A stretch of 64,000 nucleotides of DNA from the NCBI GenBank assembly GCA_019057475.1, contig DXJO01000046.1, positions 1-64,000 of the forward strand. Direction: 5' to 3'. Every line of letters starts with the position of its first letter. Position 1 is the stretch's first letter. The DNA comes from Candidatus Thorarchaeota archaeon (GTDB lineage Archaea; Asgardarchaeota; Thorarchaeia; Thorarchaeales; Thorarchaeaceae). Below, piece after piece: positions 27,599 through 36,980 of this stretch. The notes beneath the pieces are model-generated. The model did not search any database, was not told where the DNA came from, and saw only the letters and a program-made list of their open reading frames with translations. Position numbers and translations under genes: made by a program.

Positions 27599-28252
27599 AT
27601 GTACTCCTTTGGTAGCCTGAAAATTAAAGGTCACGCGGATGAACCAGTTCCCAACACGCTCTACAGACAGAAAATTGAAACTGAACAGACGGCGATTGTC
27701 TTTCCGGGTTTTGGGTACACATGTCAAATGCCATTGCTCTTCTACTCAATAGAGGTGCTTCTGCAAAAGGGATTGAATGTGCTGACAGTGGAGTACAACT
27801 ACTCAAGGAATGTCCAGTTTCGTGCACTATCGAAAGAAGAACAGACTGGGTGGCTGCATGCCGACGTGGAAGCGTCATATCGTGCCGCTCAGAATCAGGG
27901 ATACTCAAATATCGTCACTCTTATCGGGAAGTCCCTGGGGACCAGAGCTATTGCGCATCTACTGAGAGAGCACTCAGAGTTGGAGAATGCGAAGATTGTC
28001 TGGCTTACTCCACTCATCAAAGACCAGGACTTACGCGAGCAAATCGCAAGCCATAAGGCGGGGAATCTTATCGCCATAGGCACGGCAGACCCACATTGCG
28101 ATGTGGACATCTTGTCTTCGTTGCAGGATAATCCAAGGATAAGTGTGGTTCTCATTGAAGATGGAGATCATGGGCTTCAGGTTCAAGATGACCTGAATCG
28201 ATCTCTTGAGGCATTGAGCAAGGTTATAGCATCCGTGAATCAGTTTCTCTAA
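27599..28252 (+). CDS. Alpha/beta hydrolase
   Basis: FPG.GY, GKSLG nucleophile elbow, GTADP, GDHGL. Confidence 0.88.
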   Translation: MYSFGSLKIKGHADEPVPNTLYRQKIETEQTAIVFPGFGYTCQMPLLFYSIEVLLQKGLNVLTVEYNYSRNVQFRALSKEEQTGWLHADVEASYRAAQNQGYSNIVTLIGKSLGTRAIAHLLREHSELENAKIVWLTPLIKDQDLREQIASHKAGNLIAIGTADPHCDVDILSSLQDNPRISVVLIEDGDHGLQVQDDLNRSLEALSKVIASVNQFL

Positions 28253-28555
28253 GAGCCTGGTCTAGCACCGACTGTGTGTGGACCCAAAGCATAATTCGGT
28301 AAGTGTCGAAGAAGGAGCCCTTGGTTTCACACCAGTTATATAGCGGCACCTTCAGCGTGTATTCGTCCTTGTAAGCTACCAAGAATTAGGATTTCTATTC
28401 ATGACAGACACGCGTCATATGAGTAGAGTGAGAATTCAGTATTGTTTTTCTTTCACTGGCTTTTCGCCATCTACGCGTGTGGCCTTCGCTCATGAATGAA
28501 TCCTTCTTGGAGGCACCTAGGATGCAAAAACGCAAGAAATGGAGTGTAAGCGAAT

Positions 28556-28885
28556 ATGGCAGATCTTAAAGAAATTAGCAAGATTCTAGTTATGCTTGGT
28601 GGTATCCTCGGAGTACTCTTCGGAATCATGAAAGCCCTGTTGATCACCGGTTGGGGATGGGTTAGCTTCCCGCTCCTCGCCCTAGGAGGCGTTGTCGAGG
28701 GAATAATCCTTATCGTCGTTTCACTGATTGTACTTGCCACGAGCGGAGTTGTAAAGATCCCAGCTCTGAAGTTCGATAACAACTGGATTATCCTGTTGAT
28801 TCTAGGCATCGTGATGTGGATCTTCGGCGGCGACTTGGGTTCAATTCTAGTCATAGTCGGCGCAATACTACTTGTAGTCAAATAG
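28556..28885 (+). CDS. Small Gly-rich membrane protein
   Basis: About 4 TM helices; GGAGTG RBS. Confidence 0.75.
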   Translation: MADLKEISKILVMLGGILGVLFGIMKALLITGWGWVSFPLLALGGVVEGIILIVVSLIVLATSGVVKIPALKFDNNWIILLILGIVMWIFGGDLGSILVIVGAILLVVK

Positions 28886-28941
28886 GTAGGTTGCTCATGC
28901 CCCGCGTCCTAAATGGGGCATGGGCTACCTTTCTTTTTCTT
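28884..28941 (+). terminator. Hairpin plus T-tract between convergent genes
   Basis: CTCATGCCCC/GGGGCATGGG stem, outer AGGTAG/CTACCT, then TTCTTTTTCTT. Confidence 0.6.
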
Positions 28942-28986
28942 GGTTTAACTACATAATAACCAGATGATTTTCTATTGCCGCGTGCG

Positions 28987-30348
28987 CTATGCGCTCTGAG
29001 AGATCGCCTTATCGAGCCGGTCAATTACGTCATCTATCTCCTCGTTCGTGATGACATAGCTTGGAGTCAATCGTAGTGTGTTCAGTCCCGAACCAAGCAT
29101 CCACAATTTCTGCTTCTGAACCGCATTCTTGACAACACGGTTTCTAATCTTAGGAGCCTTCTCTTTGGACTTCTTATCTTTCACGAATTCCACGCCAACC
29201 ATCAGCCCCAATCCGCGGACATCTCCAACGACTTCGTATTTGTCCTTGAGTTCCTCTAGGCGTTTCAACAGATAGGCACCCTTCTCGGCGTTATTCTTGA
29301 GAAAATCTCCGTCCTCCAAATGTTTGAGGATCCATAGTGATAGAAGTGCCATTTTAGGCTCTGCTGAAAACGTTTCAGAATGACGGGTCGGACCTGAAAA
29401 CATCGGAGCAGGACCAATCGATGCGCCCATCGGATAACCCGCACCCAGGGCCTTGCCCATCGACATGTAATCAGGAACAACATCATGGTTCTCAATCGCG
29501 AACATCTTCCCAGTTCGACCCATCCCCGCTTGAACCTCGTCCGATATGAAGAACCCACCAACATCTCTTGTGACCTCATACATCCCCTTCACTGCTTTGG
29601 CGGGAGGAACTATGAGACCTCCTTCGCCGCATAGGGGTTCCATGACAGTGGCTGCGATGTCATTGCCCTCCAATTGTAGTGCGTACCGAAGAGCTTCAAC
29701 GCATTCTACATTACAGTCCTCAACATTCTGACCATATGGACAGCGGTAGCAGTAAGGATAGAAAACTCGAATGACATCGACACCTTGCGGATAGCCTGAT
29801 TTGTGCTTGGAGTTGGAGGCGGTGAGCGCCATTGCGTAACCAGTCCGTCCATGGAAAGCAGGTCTAAAGCCCACGAACCTCTGCTTGCCTGAGAGATCCA
29901 TTGCAGACTTCATGCAACCTTCGACTGCACGTCCGCCAGAGGTCGTGAAGACAACTTGTCTCTTCTGATTGCTTGGCGCCATCTTGCCGAGCTTCTCAGC
30001 AAGCAGAGTCTGCGGTATGCCGTCAAAGTCAGCGCCTGGAAACTCGCGCACCACATCATTGATGCTGGCTTCGAAATCAAGGAGTGGTTTGTATCTCAGT
30101 CCGAAAGCCCGAACAGCTACACCTCCGGTGACATCAAGATATTCCGTGCCTTCGATATCGTAGATTGTTGTTCCATGACCACAAGTATGGTCAAGACATC
30201 CGTAGACTTCGCGATCCTGTGTGGTGAGGGCTAAGCTCTCAGCACCACGCTTCTTCCAGTAATCGTTGGTCATTGTCTCCTGTGATATATCGTCGAACCC
30301 TAAGTCCTTGATAATCTGAATATGCTTCTCGTCCATTGCCACAACCAT
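28987..30348 (-). CDS. Class III PLP aminotransferase (GABA/acetylornithine type)
   Basis: AFHGRT, EPLCGEGG, DEVQAGMGRTG, MGKALG, DVRGLGLM.G.E. Confidence 0.93.
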   Translation of the reverse strand: MVVAMDEKHIQIIKDLGFDDISQETMTNDYWKKRGAESLALTTQDREVYGCLDHTCGHGTTIYDIEGTEYLDVTGGVAVRAFGLRYKPLLDFEASINDVVREFPGADFDGIPQTLLAEKLGKMAPSNQKRQVVFTTSGGRAVEGCMKSAMDLSGKQRFVGFRPAFHGRTGYAMALTASNSKHKSGYPQGVDVIRVFYPYCYRCPYGQNVEDCNVECVEALRYALQLEGNDIAATVMEPLCGEGGLIVPPAKAVKGMYEVTRDVGGFFISDEVQAGMGRTGKMFAIENHDVVPDYMSMGKALGAGYPMGASIGPAPMFSGPTRHSETFSAEPKMALLSLWILKHLEDGDFLKNNAEKGAYLLKRLEELKDKYEVVGDVRGLGLMVGVEFVKDKKSKEKAPKIRNRVVKNAVQKQKLWMLGSGLNTLRLTPSYVITNEEIDDVIDRLDKAISQSA

Positions 30349-30422
30349 CCTTGGAGGGACGAGCCAAACCTAGCAACACCGCATTATCTAATTTGTGATG
30401 AGGGCTAGGGAGCTTTCTAGCG

Positions 30423-30791
30423 CTACTTGCTGAACAACATCAGAAGCCCTGCAAGAAGAATCATGAATCCTGCAAGAGTACCTATATTCGTCAACCACCC
30501 AATGACGTCGAACGTGAGATTGCCAACGATTATGATGATTGATAAGAACCCGAAAAGAGCAAGAAGGGCTCCGGATTTTCCCACCTTCCACGACACAAAG
30601 CCACTAGCATCAAATGATAGAACAACCATCAAGATTAGAGCAATTCCTTGGATAAGAACCACAAGTCCGTTGATGTCACCACCTGAAAAGGTGTTGAGTC
30701 CGCCAATGATCATTTGTATTGCGAAATACGCAAGAACTATGCCGCCAAGAACTGTGTATCCCTGTGCGGCACCATCAGCCTTACAGCCCAT
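30423..30791 (-). CDS. Small 4-TM membrane protein
   Basis: Four hydrophobic Gly-rich helices. Confidence 0.7.
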   Translation of the reverse strand: MGCKADGAAQGYTVLGGIVLAYFAIQMIIGGLNTFSGGDINGLVVLIQGIALILMVVLSFDASGFVSWKVGKSGALLALFGFLSIIIIVGNLTFDVIGWLTNIGTLAGFMILLAGLLMLFSK

Positions 30792-30952
30792 CTATATTAT
30801 GTTTCCTTGGGGACCAAGCCCCTTTCAGAAATCGCTATGCTATCGGTACATAAACCGTTTGGATGAGTGCGGGACGTATTCCTCCCTGTAATACATAGGA
30901 TTGTATTCTTGATGTTCCACGCTCATATGACGTCAATATTGATTCGTAAGAG

Positions 30953-31825
30953 GTGGCCACTACGAGATATCCCACATACGAGGGAAACAAAAGCACTGAA
31001 AAACCCGTTCGACTTGACAAGACTGAGGGTCATGTAGTCATAGAAGGGAGAGCCTATCCAGCCCGAGAGATTATAGAAGCACTCGCTCAGAGCGGATACA
31101 CAGAGCTTCGATCGGTTGGTGATGCTTTGGTGCTAGGTCGCCACCGGATCACGCCCATCTTCAAATCTGCAAAGGATAGAGCTATGGCATCCCTCTGTCA
31201 TGGGAGCTTGGCTTTCTGCTGCCCGCTGTCAAAACGATGTGCTGAGAGAGATAGAGCTTTGGAAGTCCTAGGTCTCACCATAGAAGAATATGAGAACCTG
31301 AAAGGCGATGCTCATTACAGATTCATAGACGCTGCCAGAGGCCTCTCATCGGCGGATGAGGCGCGACCCTACGATGTTCGAGGTATCACTGCAAACAGAC
31401 CGGCAGTCGACAGAGGATACGGGTCGGATGACTATCGAAGAGAATTCGACAGGCGTGATAGCGCACTCCATCGAAGAGATGTCGAGTCTGCTTCAAGACG
31501 GGACTACGGGTCCTATCGGAGCTCTAGTCATTCTGATCCCTACTCAGATTTGACCACAGCAATTCCATACTCTGAAAGCCATCGTAAGGACAAGCTGATG
31601 GATGAAATGCGTTCTAGTTCCTGTGACGTTTCAATCCAATCCTCATGCGGCAGCAGAACAGATGAGGCGGTAGAAGGTCTGGGTGCGTTATTCATGCAGG
31701 GTGAACTAAGCCCATTCAATGATGATACCAGAGATGACAGTTCGTCACCTAGCTTCTGTTTCTCTTGTGGTCGAACGATAAGAATGGGAATCAAGGTTTG
31801 TCCCTATTGTGGAGCGACTCAGTGA
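30953..31825 (+). CDS. Methanogenesis-marker-9-like Cys domain protein with C-terminal zinc ribbon
   Basis: CHGSLAFCC..SKRC..RD.AL..LGLT.EEY..LK; FCFSCG...CPYCG. Confidence 0.7.
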   Translation: MATTRYPTYEGNKSTEKPVRLDKTEGHVVIEGRAYPAREIIEALAQSGYTELRSVGDALVLGRHRITPIFKSAKDRAMASLCHGSLAFCCPLSKRCAERDRALEVLGLTIEEYENLKGDAHYRFIDAARGLSSADEARPYDVRGITANRPAVDRGYGSDDYRREFDRRDSALHRRDVESASRRDYGSYRSSSHSDPYSDLTTAIPYSESHRKDKLMDEMRSSSCDVSIQSSCGSRTDEAVEGLGALFMQGELSPFNDDTRDDSSSPSFCFSCGRTIRMGIKVCPYCGATQ

Positions 31826-31837
31826 CAGAAATGAAGC

Positions 31838-32875
31838 CTAGTAGTTACCAATGGCGCTCTCACGCCGCACAGGGTAATCCTTTGGATACCCGAAGCTTGT
31901 GACAAACCGGTCTATGCCAACATCTTTGCCGAGTGCTTTCAACTCACGGAGTTGCTCTATGGAACTCACACCCCAGCGGAAGAGAGAAACGATACCTCCG
32001 CGTCGGGAGAACTCCTTCACGAAGTACATGCTTTCGACTAAGTCATTGTAATCGGCTGTTCCAGGCGCTGGAAGCACGGGGGACCACGGAAACAGGTTAA
32101 TCATAAGACCGCCTGTTATCTCTCGTATCTTGGTATAGTCATAACCATAAGTCTTCTTGGCACCCTCTGTAAGTCCGCTCTCCGGATCAACCAGAACCTC
32201 AACAGAGATCTTTAGGGGTTTGAAACGGTTTCCCTCATCCCCAATGAGGCTATCTGCTCCGCTCTGCAAGACGCGAAGTCCTTGGAGAACCTTTTCAGTT
32301 CGCCATTCATGCCACTTATCATGGTAGTCTGGATTCTCTGTGAGATATCCATGAGTGAGTCGTGCAGGCTCTTGGTCCACAAGAGGTGCGAATTCCTTCC
32401 GACACCTGTCACAGAAACAGAACTCGTCTCTGATGAAACCTACACCAAAGAGGAGGATTTCGTCTATTGGATAAGCCCCGAGCTCCTTTACAATTTCCGC
32501 ACCATACTCCCAGAACTCTTCACGATTCGGACATATCTGATGTGGCATTGACTGGCCGCTGGCAGTCATGGTCTGGTACTTCGGGTCACGTGCAAACCAC
32601 GCATCGGTGTAAAAGTCCATGCTCACAGCAGTGTGTATTTCCAGAGCTTCGGAAAGGGCGACCCATTCATCGAAGAACTCCGCGTACCCCTCATCAACTG
32701 GCGCCGTCTTGCTGGGAAATACCACATGTCCGTTGGGCTCTTTGCCGACAATGCCAACCTCCCTCATATATGAGGCGTAAGTCGACATGAAGTCTCTTGC
32801 TGAAACATCTATGTCTTCAGCTCTGAATAGTATCAGCGCTTTTTGCATGAGGAATTCTCTGATGTTTTGTTTCAT
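31838..32875 (-). CDS. Glycoside-hydrolase-like TIM barrel (GHL10/GHL6-like)
   Basis: ICPN, IVKEL..YPID.I, CFCDRC...F, W.EWR. Confidence 0.6.
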   Translation of the reverse strand: MKQNIREFLMQKALILFRAEDIDVSARDFMSTYASYMREVGIVGKEPNGHVVFPSKTAPVDEGYAEFFDEWVALSEALEIHTAVSMDFYTDAWFARDPKYQTMTASGQSMPHQICPNREEFWEYGAEIVKELGAYPIDEILLFGVGFIRDEFCFCDRCRKEFAPLVDQEPARLTHGYLTENPDYHDKWHEWRTEKVLQGLRVLQSGADSLIGDEGNRFKPLKISVEVLVDPESGLTEGAKKTYGYDYTKIREITGGLMINLFPWSPVLPAPGTADYNDLVESMYFVKEFSRRGGIVSLFRWGVSSIEQLRELKALGKDVGIDRFVTSFGYPKDYPVRRESAIGNY

Positions 32876-33048
32876 GCTAGTGTACCCCGTCGGTGATGCT
32901 CTGGCATTCTATTGTCGGTTCCTCGCTCTAGCGGTGGGCCACGCTCGCTATAAGAATTTCCTAGAGGGACTATCAACGCGTGTGTTATTATATCCTCACT
33001 TCTCGAACGATGTTTCATGTGACTGCAACAGCTTCTGTCGAATTAGCA

Positions 33049-35859
33049 TCAGAAGAACTGATCAAGGGTCGTAAATCCTAGAAGCTCCTCGAAATCAATC
33101 CCCACTGAATCAAGTACCTGGCCGAAGACTGACCTTAGTGTATCAGTGTATTTGTCCGTATCCAGCCAGTAGCTCTTTTCCTTTGCAAGCTCAATCGGCA
33201 ATACGCCTCCATTGCCCTTAGTCTTAATGTACTCAACTATTGTACCAGGTGGGACATCATATCCGGCATTATCAAGCATATGGGCTGCCCGAACATGCTG
33301 AGGTGTGGTCTTCCCATATTGATCGAGTTTCTTGGTCAACTGGACGCGGAATGCCAAATCATCTGGAGTGAAGGGATCGGCTTTGCCCTCCAACCGGTCA
33401 ATGGCTGTGTTTACAATCTCACGAATCTCGTCTTTTGCTGCTTCGAATCCTTCGAGATTGTCCACCTTGCTAAGTACCGTCAGCATCTCCTGAAACGCGT
33501 CCTGGATGAATCGAGGCGTGTTTCTCTTCTTGCCGCTTAAGCCTTTCACTTCAACGTATCCTGTGGAGTAGACGCCAATGTAGTTTTTCTTAAGTTCAGA
33601 AAGAGCGACGTACTTGTAGGTTTTCTCCACTTCCAAATCGATTCCAAGCGCCTCCTGAGACCACTTCACAAGCTCATCTTGCTGTTCCTTGGATGGATTA
33701 TCCAGAAACACGGAGTCTGTGTCCCCATATAGTACTCTTACACCCATGGACTCTGCTTTTTCTTTCGTTTTCATGATTGCATTTCGTCCATAAGCCGTTA
33801 CGCTCTCAGCTGCCGGCATGCAAAACAGCTCAAAGTGTCGAGCTCCGGTGACACCATAGGACGCATTGAGATACACCTTGAGCGCCTTCTCAACGACGCT
33901 ATACCAGGTCCAGGTTCTCTCATCCAATGACTTATCCTTGCTTTTCGCCTTGAACCACATCACTCTAGTATCTCTGAAGAAGCCAATGATTTCACTAATC
34001 ATGCCTGTATGCTTCTTGCAGGTCCAATGACCTGTTTCAGGAACTTTGTTGTCTGTCGCAACCCTGCATTCTTCGTGTGGGCAATCGACTGTTTCATAGC
34101 TGATATTATGCCTCTTCATAATTGTCGGATAAAGACTTGCAAAGTCAAGCACCGTGGCATTGAAGTGAACTCCCGCGATTGGGTCGATTACAATTGCACC
34201 CTTGAACGCCTTGTCCTTTATCATAGCCTTAGTGTGTGCTTCCGCAGATTTGGCAGCCTCTATGTCAGACTGTCGAGGAATCAGAGCCCCCCGAGAACGA
34301 TGTTCTTGCCTGAATAGGGACTGAATCCAAGAGGAAATACCCAGACGCGTCACATCCTCCATCGACAAGCGGGATATGCGCATCAACAAGACAATCAATC
34401 GGAGGAGTAGATTATCATCGAATCTTGTCAGGTCCAATGTTATGTTAGCGTCACGCCAACAGTACTGTGCCAGCTCATAGTAGGGAAGAGATGAGATGTC
34501 AGTGGTGAGTTCGAGTTTTCCTACGCCTAGAAGGCCTTGGGCAATCGTTTCCAGGTTCGACCGATCATAAGCACCTGACATAGCATAGATTCGGATGGAG
34601 GGGTTCTTGAGGAACCTATAGAGATCCACGTGGATTCCGCTACGAAGGAATGCGGTGTCATTCGCGCGATTCATTCTGATAGGGCAGTACGTATCCATAT
34701 CGACCTTCAATCGCTGAGCCCTATGATATAGGTAATTCAGGTCGAATGCATCTCCTACAAAAGTCAGAACAATCGGATAATTATTAATGACTTCGAATGC
34801 CTTCACAAGCATCTCTGCCTCGTCGTCGAAATACACAATCTCAAGACCCTTTGGAAAATCATCCCTCTTCTTGCCTGTGGGATGTCCTTTTCGCTTGAGC
34901 ACGAAACACATGCCGTAACCTTCATTATCGGAGAGACCAATTGCTGTGACCTTGTTGGGGGCTTTCTGCGTGTTTGGCATTCTGTTTTTGACAGGAACAT
35001 AGACCTCGATATCTAGGGCAATCCGCCTAATGTCAGGAACCTCACCAAAGAACATGGGAGCATAGGTTTCGATGATTCTCTCAATACGCTCCGAACCAGG
35101 AATGGTTCTCTTGAACTCTTTCATAGTGTTTTTATCGATCTCCGGGGGGCTGGCTACAAGAGTCCCATTCTCAATCTTGTAGATGAGACCGGAAACGAAT
35201 CTCATATCGTAGGTGTAGGTATGATGATATCGGATGTTGGCCTCCCAGGCATGATTCACTTCCTTGATTCGCAAACTCTCTCTCATCGAATCTGGGCGAC
35301 CACCAATGCTGAGGGGATCATTGGCGATTACCTTGGTCATAGCAACCTGCTTGTCACTGAGCAAATCAGTGAGCTCAACTGCTTCAGTGCGTATGAAACC
35401 AGGATGACGTCGAATTCCATTAATCTTCTCGACTTCCTGTTGCGACAGGTCGGTGTACATATACGGCTTGTGCCCGCTATTATCAGTCCAGAAATGAATC
35501 TTCTTTGTTTCAGGATTGTAGAGGCTAGCAATAGCCTTGTTCGTATTCCTATCGTAGTCAATTGAAAGAAGGAACGAGGGTGGAAGATCCTTTGGCATGT
35601 CGCGGTAGCCAATTTCATGAGTTTGCTTGACCTTGTCCACGGCGGCCGGCTTCTTTTCCTTTTCATCATTAGGTGGAGATGGCTTAACGTTATCTACGCG
35701 TTCAACACTTGCATTGACGGAGGTTTTTCTAGATTGTGATGCTTTCGTCACAATGACATCTGGCGTCACTTCAGCACCGGAATTTTCATGACCACCGAAG
35801 TAATCATCCAAAGTGGACTGATTTCCATCTTCAGGTTTCTCGTCATTCACCAAAGTCAC
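33049..35859 (-). CDS. polB1: Family B DNA polymerase, PolB1 group
   Basis: LLSIDYD...D.SGHKPY N-terminus of PolB1; DIEV, FDL.YL, Y...DA; DFASLYP, K...NA.YG, YGDTDS. Confidence 0.93.
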   Translation of the reverse strand: MTLVNDEKPEDGNQSTLDDYFGGHENSGAEVTPDVIVTKASQSRKTSVNASVERVDNVKPSPPNDEKEKKPAAVDKVKQTHEIGYRDMPKDLPPSFLLSIDYDRNTNKAIASLYNPETKKIHFWTDNSGHKPYMYTDLSQQEVEKINGIRRHPGFIRTEAVELTDLLSDKQVAMTKVIANDPLSIGGRPDSMRESLRIKEVNHAWEANIRYHHTYTYDMRFVSGLIYKIENGTLVASPPEIDKNTMKEFKRTIPGSERIERIIETYAPMFFGEVPDIRRIALDIEVYVPVKNRMPNTQKAPNKVTAIGLSDNEGYGMCFVLKRKGHPTGKKRDDFPKGLEIVYFDDEAEMLVKAFEVINNYPIVLTFVGDAFDLNYLYHRAQRLKVDMDTYCPIRMNRANDTAFLRSGIHVDLYRFLKNPSIRIYAMSGAYDRSNLETIAQGLLGVGKLELTTDISSLPYYELAQYCWRDANITLDLTRFDDNLLLRLIVLLMRISRLSMEDVTRLGISSWIQSLFRQEHRSRGALIPRQSDIEAAKSAEAHTKAMIKDKAFKGAIVIDPIAGVHFNATVLDFASLYPTIMKRHNISYETVDCPHEECRVATDNKVPETGHWTCKKHTGMISEIIGFFRDTRVMWFKAKSKDKSLDERTWTWYSVVEKALKVYLNASYGVTGARHFELFCMPAAESVTAYGRNAIMKTKEKAESMGVRVLYGDTDSVFLDNPSKEQQDELVKWSQEALGIDLEVEKTYKYVALSELKKNYIGVYSTGYVEVKGLSGKKRNTPRFIQDAFQEMLTVLSKVDNLEGFEAAKDEIREIVNTAIDRLEGKADPFTPDDLAFRVQLTKKLDQYGKTTPQHVRAAHMLDNAGYDVPPGTIVEYIKTKGNGGVLPIELAKEKSYWLDTDKYTDTLRSVFGQVLDSVGIDFEELLGFTTLDQFF

Positions 35860-35958
35860 TCACTCCATAGATGAGCTATTGAGTCCTGATAAGCACTTCC
35901 AATGAACCAGAAATACATTCCGAGCAGTTCATATGAGAAGCCAACCTCTTGCAGGTTC

Positions 35959-36396
35959 ATGGTGCGCTCACTCACTACTGAAGCGAAACGAGTTATCTTC
36001 GCGCGCATGGAGCCTGGCGAGGATATTCTAAAGACGATTGAGGCCGTTTCTTCGGAACATGGCGTTCGGACAGGCCAACTGACATTGATAGGAGCAGTAT
36101 CAATGGCCAGCCTGGGATTTTTTGATAGAGAGAGCATGGAATACAAGACATTCACTGTGGACAAAGACCTTGAAGTTGTGTCATGCATGGGAAACATCGC
36201 ATCCACACATGAGGGGGGGCTCATTGTACATGCTCACATGGTTGTTGCTGATCAAGACGGTACGTGCTATGGAGGTCATCTAATGTTGGGGTGCAAAGTT
36301 TCTGTCACAATGGAATTGATCATCACGGAACTGGACCAAGATGTTAGGCGAGCCAGAGATGAAGCGACCGGTCTGAATCTGCTTGATATCAAGTAA
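35959..36396 (+). CDS. PPC/DUF296 domain protein
   Basis: PGEDI, IGAV, EVVS..GNI, HAH, GGHL. Confidence 0.92.
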   Translation: MVRSLTTEAKRVIFARMEPGEDILKTIEAVSSEHGVRTGQLTLIGAVSMASLGFFDRESMEYKTFTVDKDLEVVSCMGNIASTHEGGLIVHAHMVVADQDGTCYGGHLMLGCKVSVTMELIITELDQDVRRARDEATGLNLLDIK

Positions 36397-36409
36397 GACA
36401 TCAGACTGC

Positions 36410-36862
36410 TCATTGCTTCAAACCAAGCAGGTCAGTTTGTGCCCGGATAGTTTTGGCAACGCTGTCAAGCTCATCGCGTGGAGATATCTTCTCACGGTAG
36501 TCGTCTGGAAACATGAAACCGAATTTATCACCTTCGTTCCTAGGTATTACATGTATATGTAGATGGGGAACCTCTTGTCCCGCACCAACCCCATTGGCAA
36601 TCACATTGATTATGCCATCTGGTTCAAATGCTGAGTGCACCTTGCGGGTCAACTCCGCCAGACGCACACCAAGACGCTTAGCGACTTTGGTATCAACGTC
36701 TAGCATGTTCACATAGTGCTGCTTTGGAATCAACAAGCAGTGCCCTTTGCTAATGGGAAATATATCCATGAAGGCCATCGTGAATTTGTCTTCGAAAATG
36801 ACAGATGCGGGTATCTCACCACGAACTATCTTGCAGAAAAGGCAGGATTCATTGTCGCTCAT
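36410..36862 (-). CDS. HIT family hydrolase
   Basis: CLFCKI, DIFP..KGH.L.IPK.H, AGQEVPHLHIHVIPR. Confidence 0.95.
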   Translation of the reverse strand: MSDNESCLFCKIVRGEIPASVIFEDKFTMAFMDIFPISKGHCLLIPKQHYVNMLDVDTKVAKRLGVRLAELTRKVHSAFEPDGIINVIANGVGAGQEVPHLHIHVIPRNEGDKFGFMFPDDYREKISPRDELDSVAKTIRAQTDLLGLKQ

Positions 36863-36980
36863 ATCGGTCACTGACTGTGGGAGTTTGAAATAAATCGTTC
36901 GAAATTCGTGCAAAGACACGCGCACAAGCCTCATTAGCGCACATCTCATAATCACAACTTGGCTTCACAGGTGGTCCCAG

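Noticed and set aside
28884-28941. Hairpin with AAA in the loop as a SECIS element
   Set aside because: Lacks the AUGA/GA core, no in-frame TGA gene was noticed nearby, and a T-tract follows, so it fits a terminator
33049-35859. PolB as part of a casposon or virus
   Set aside because: Cellular PolB1 signatures; no cas1, terminal repeats or viral genes
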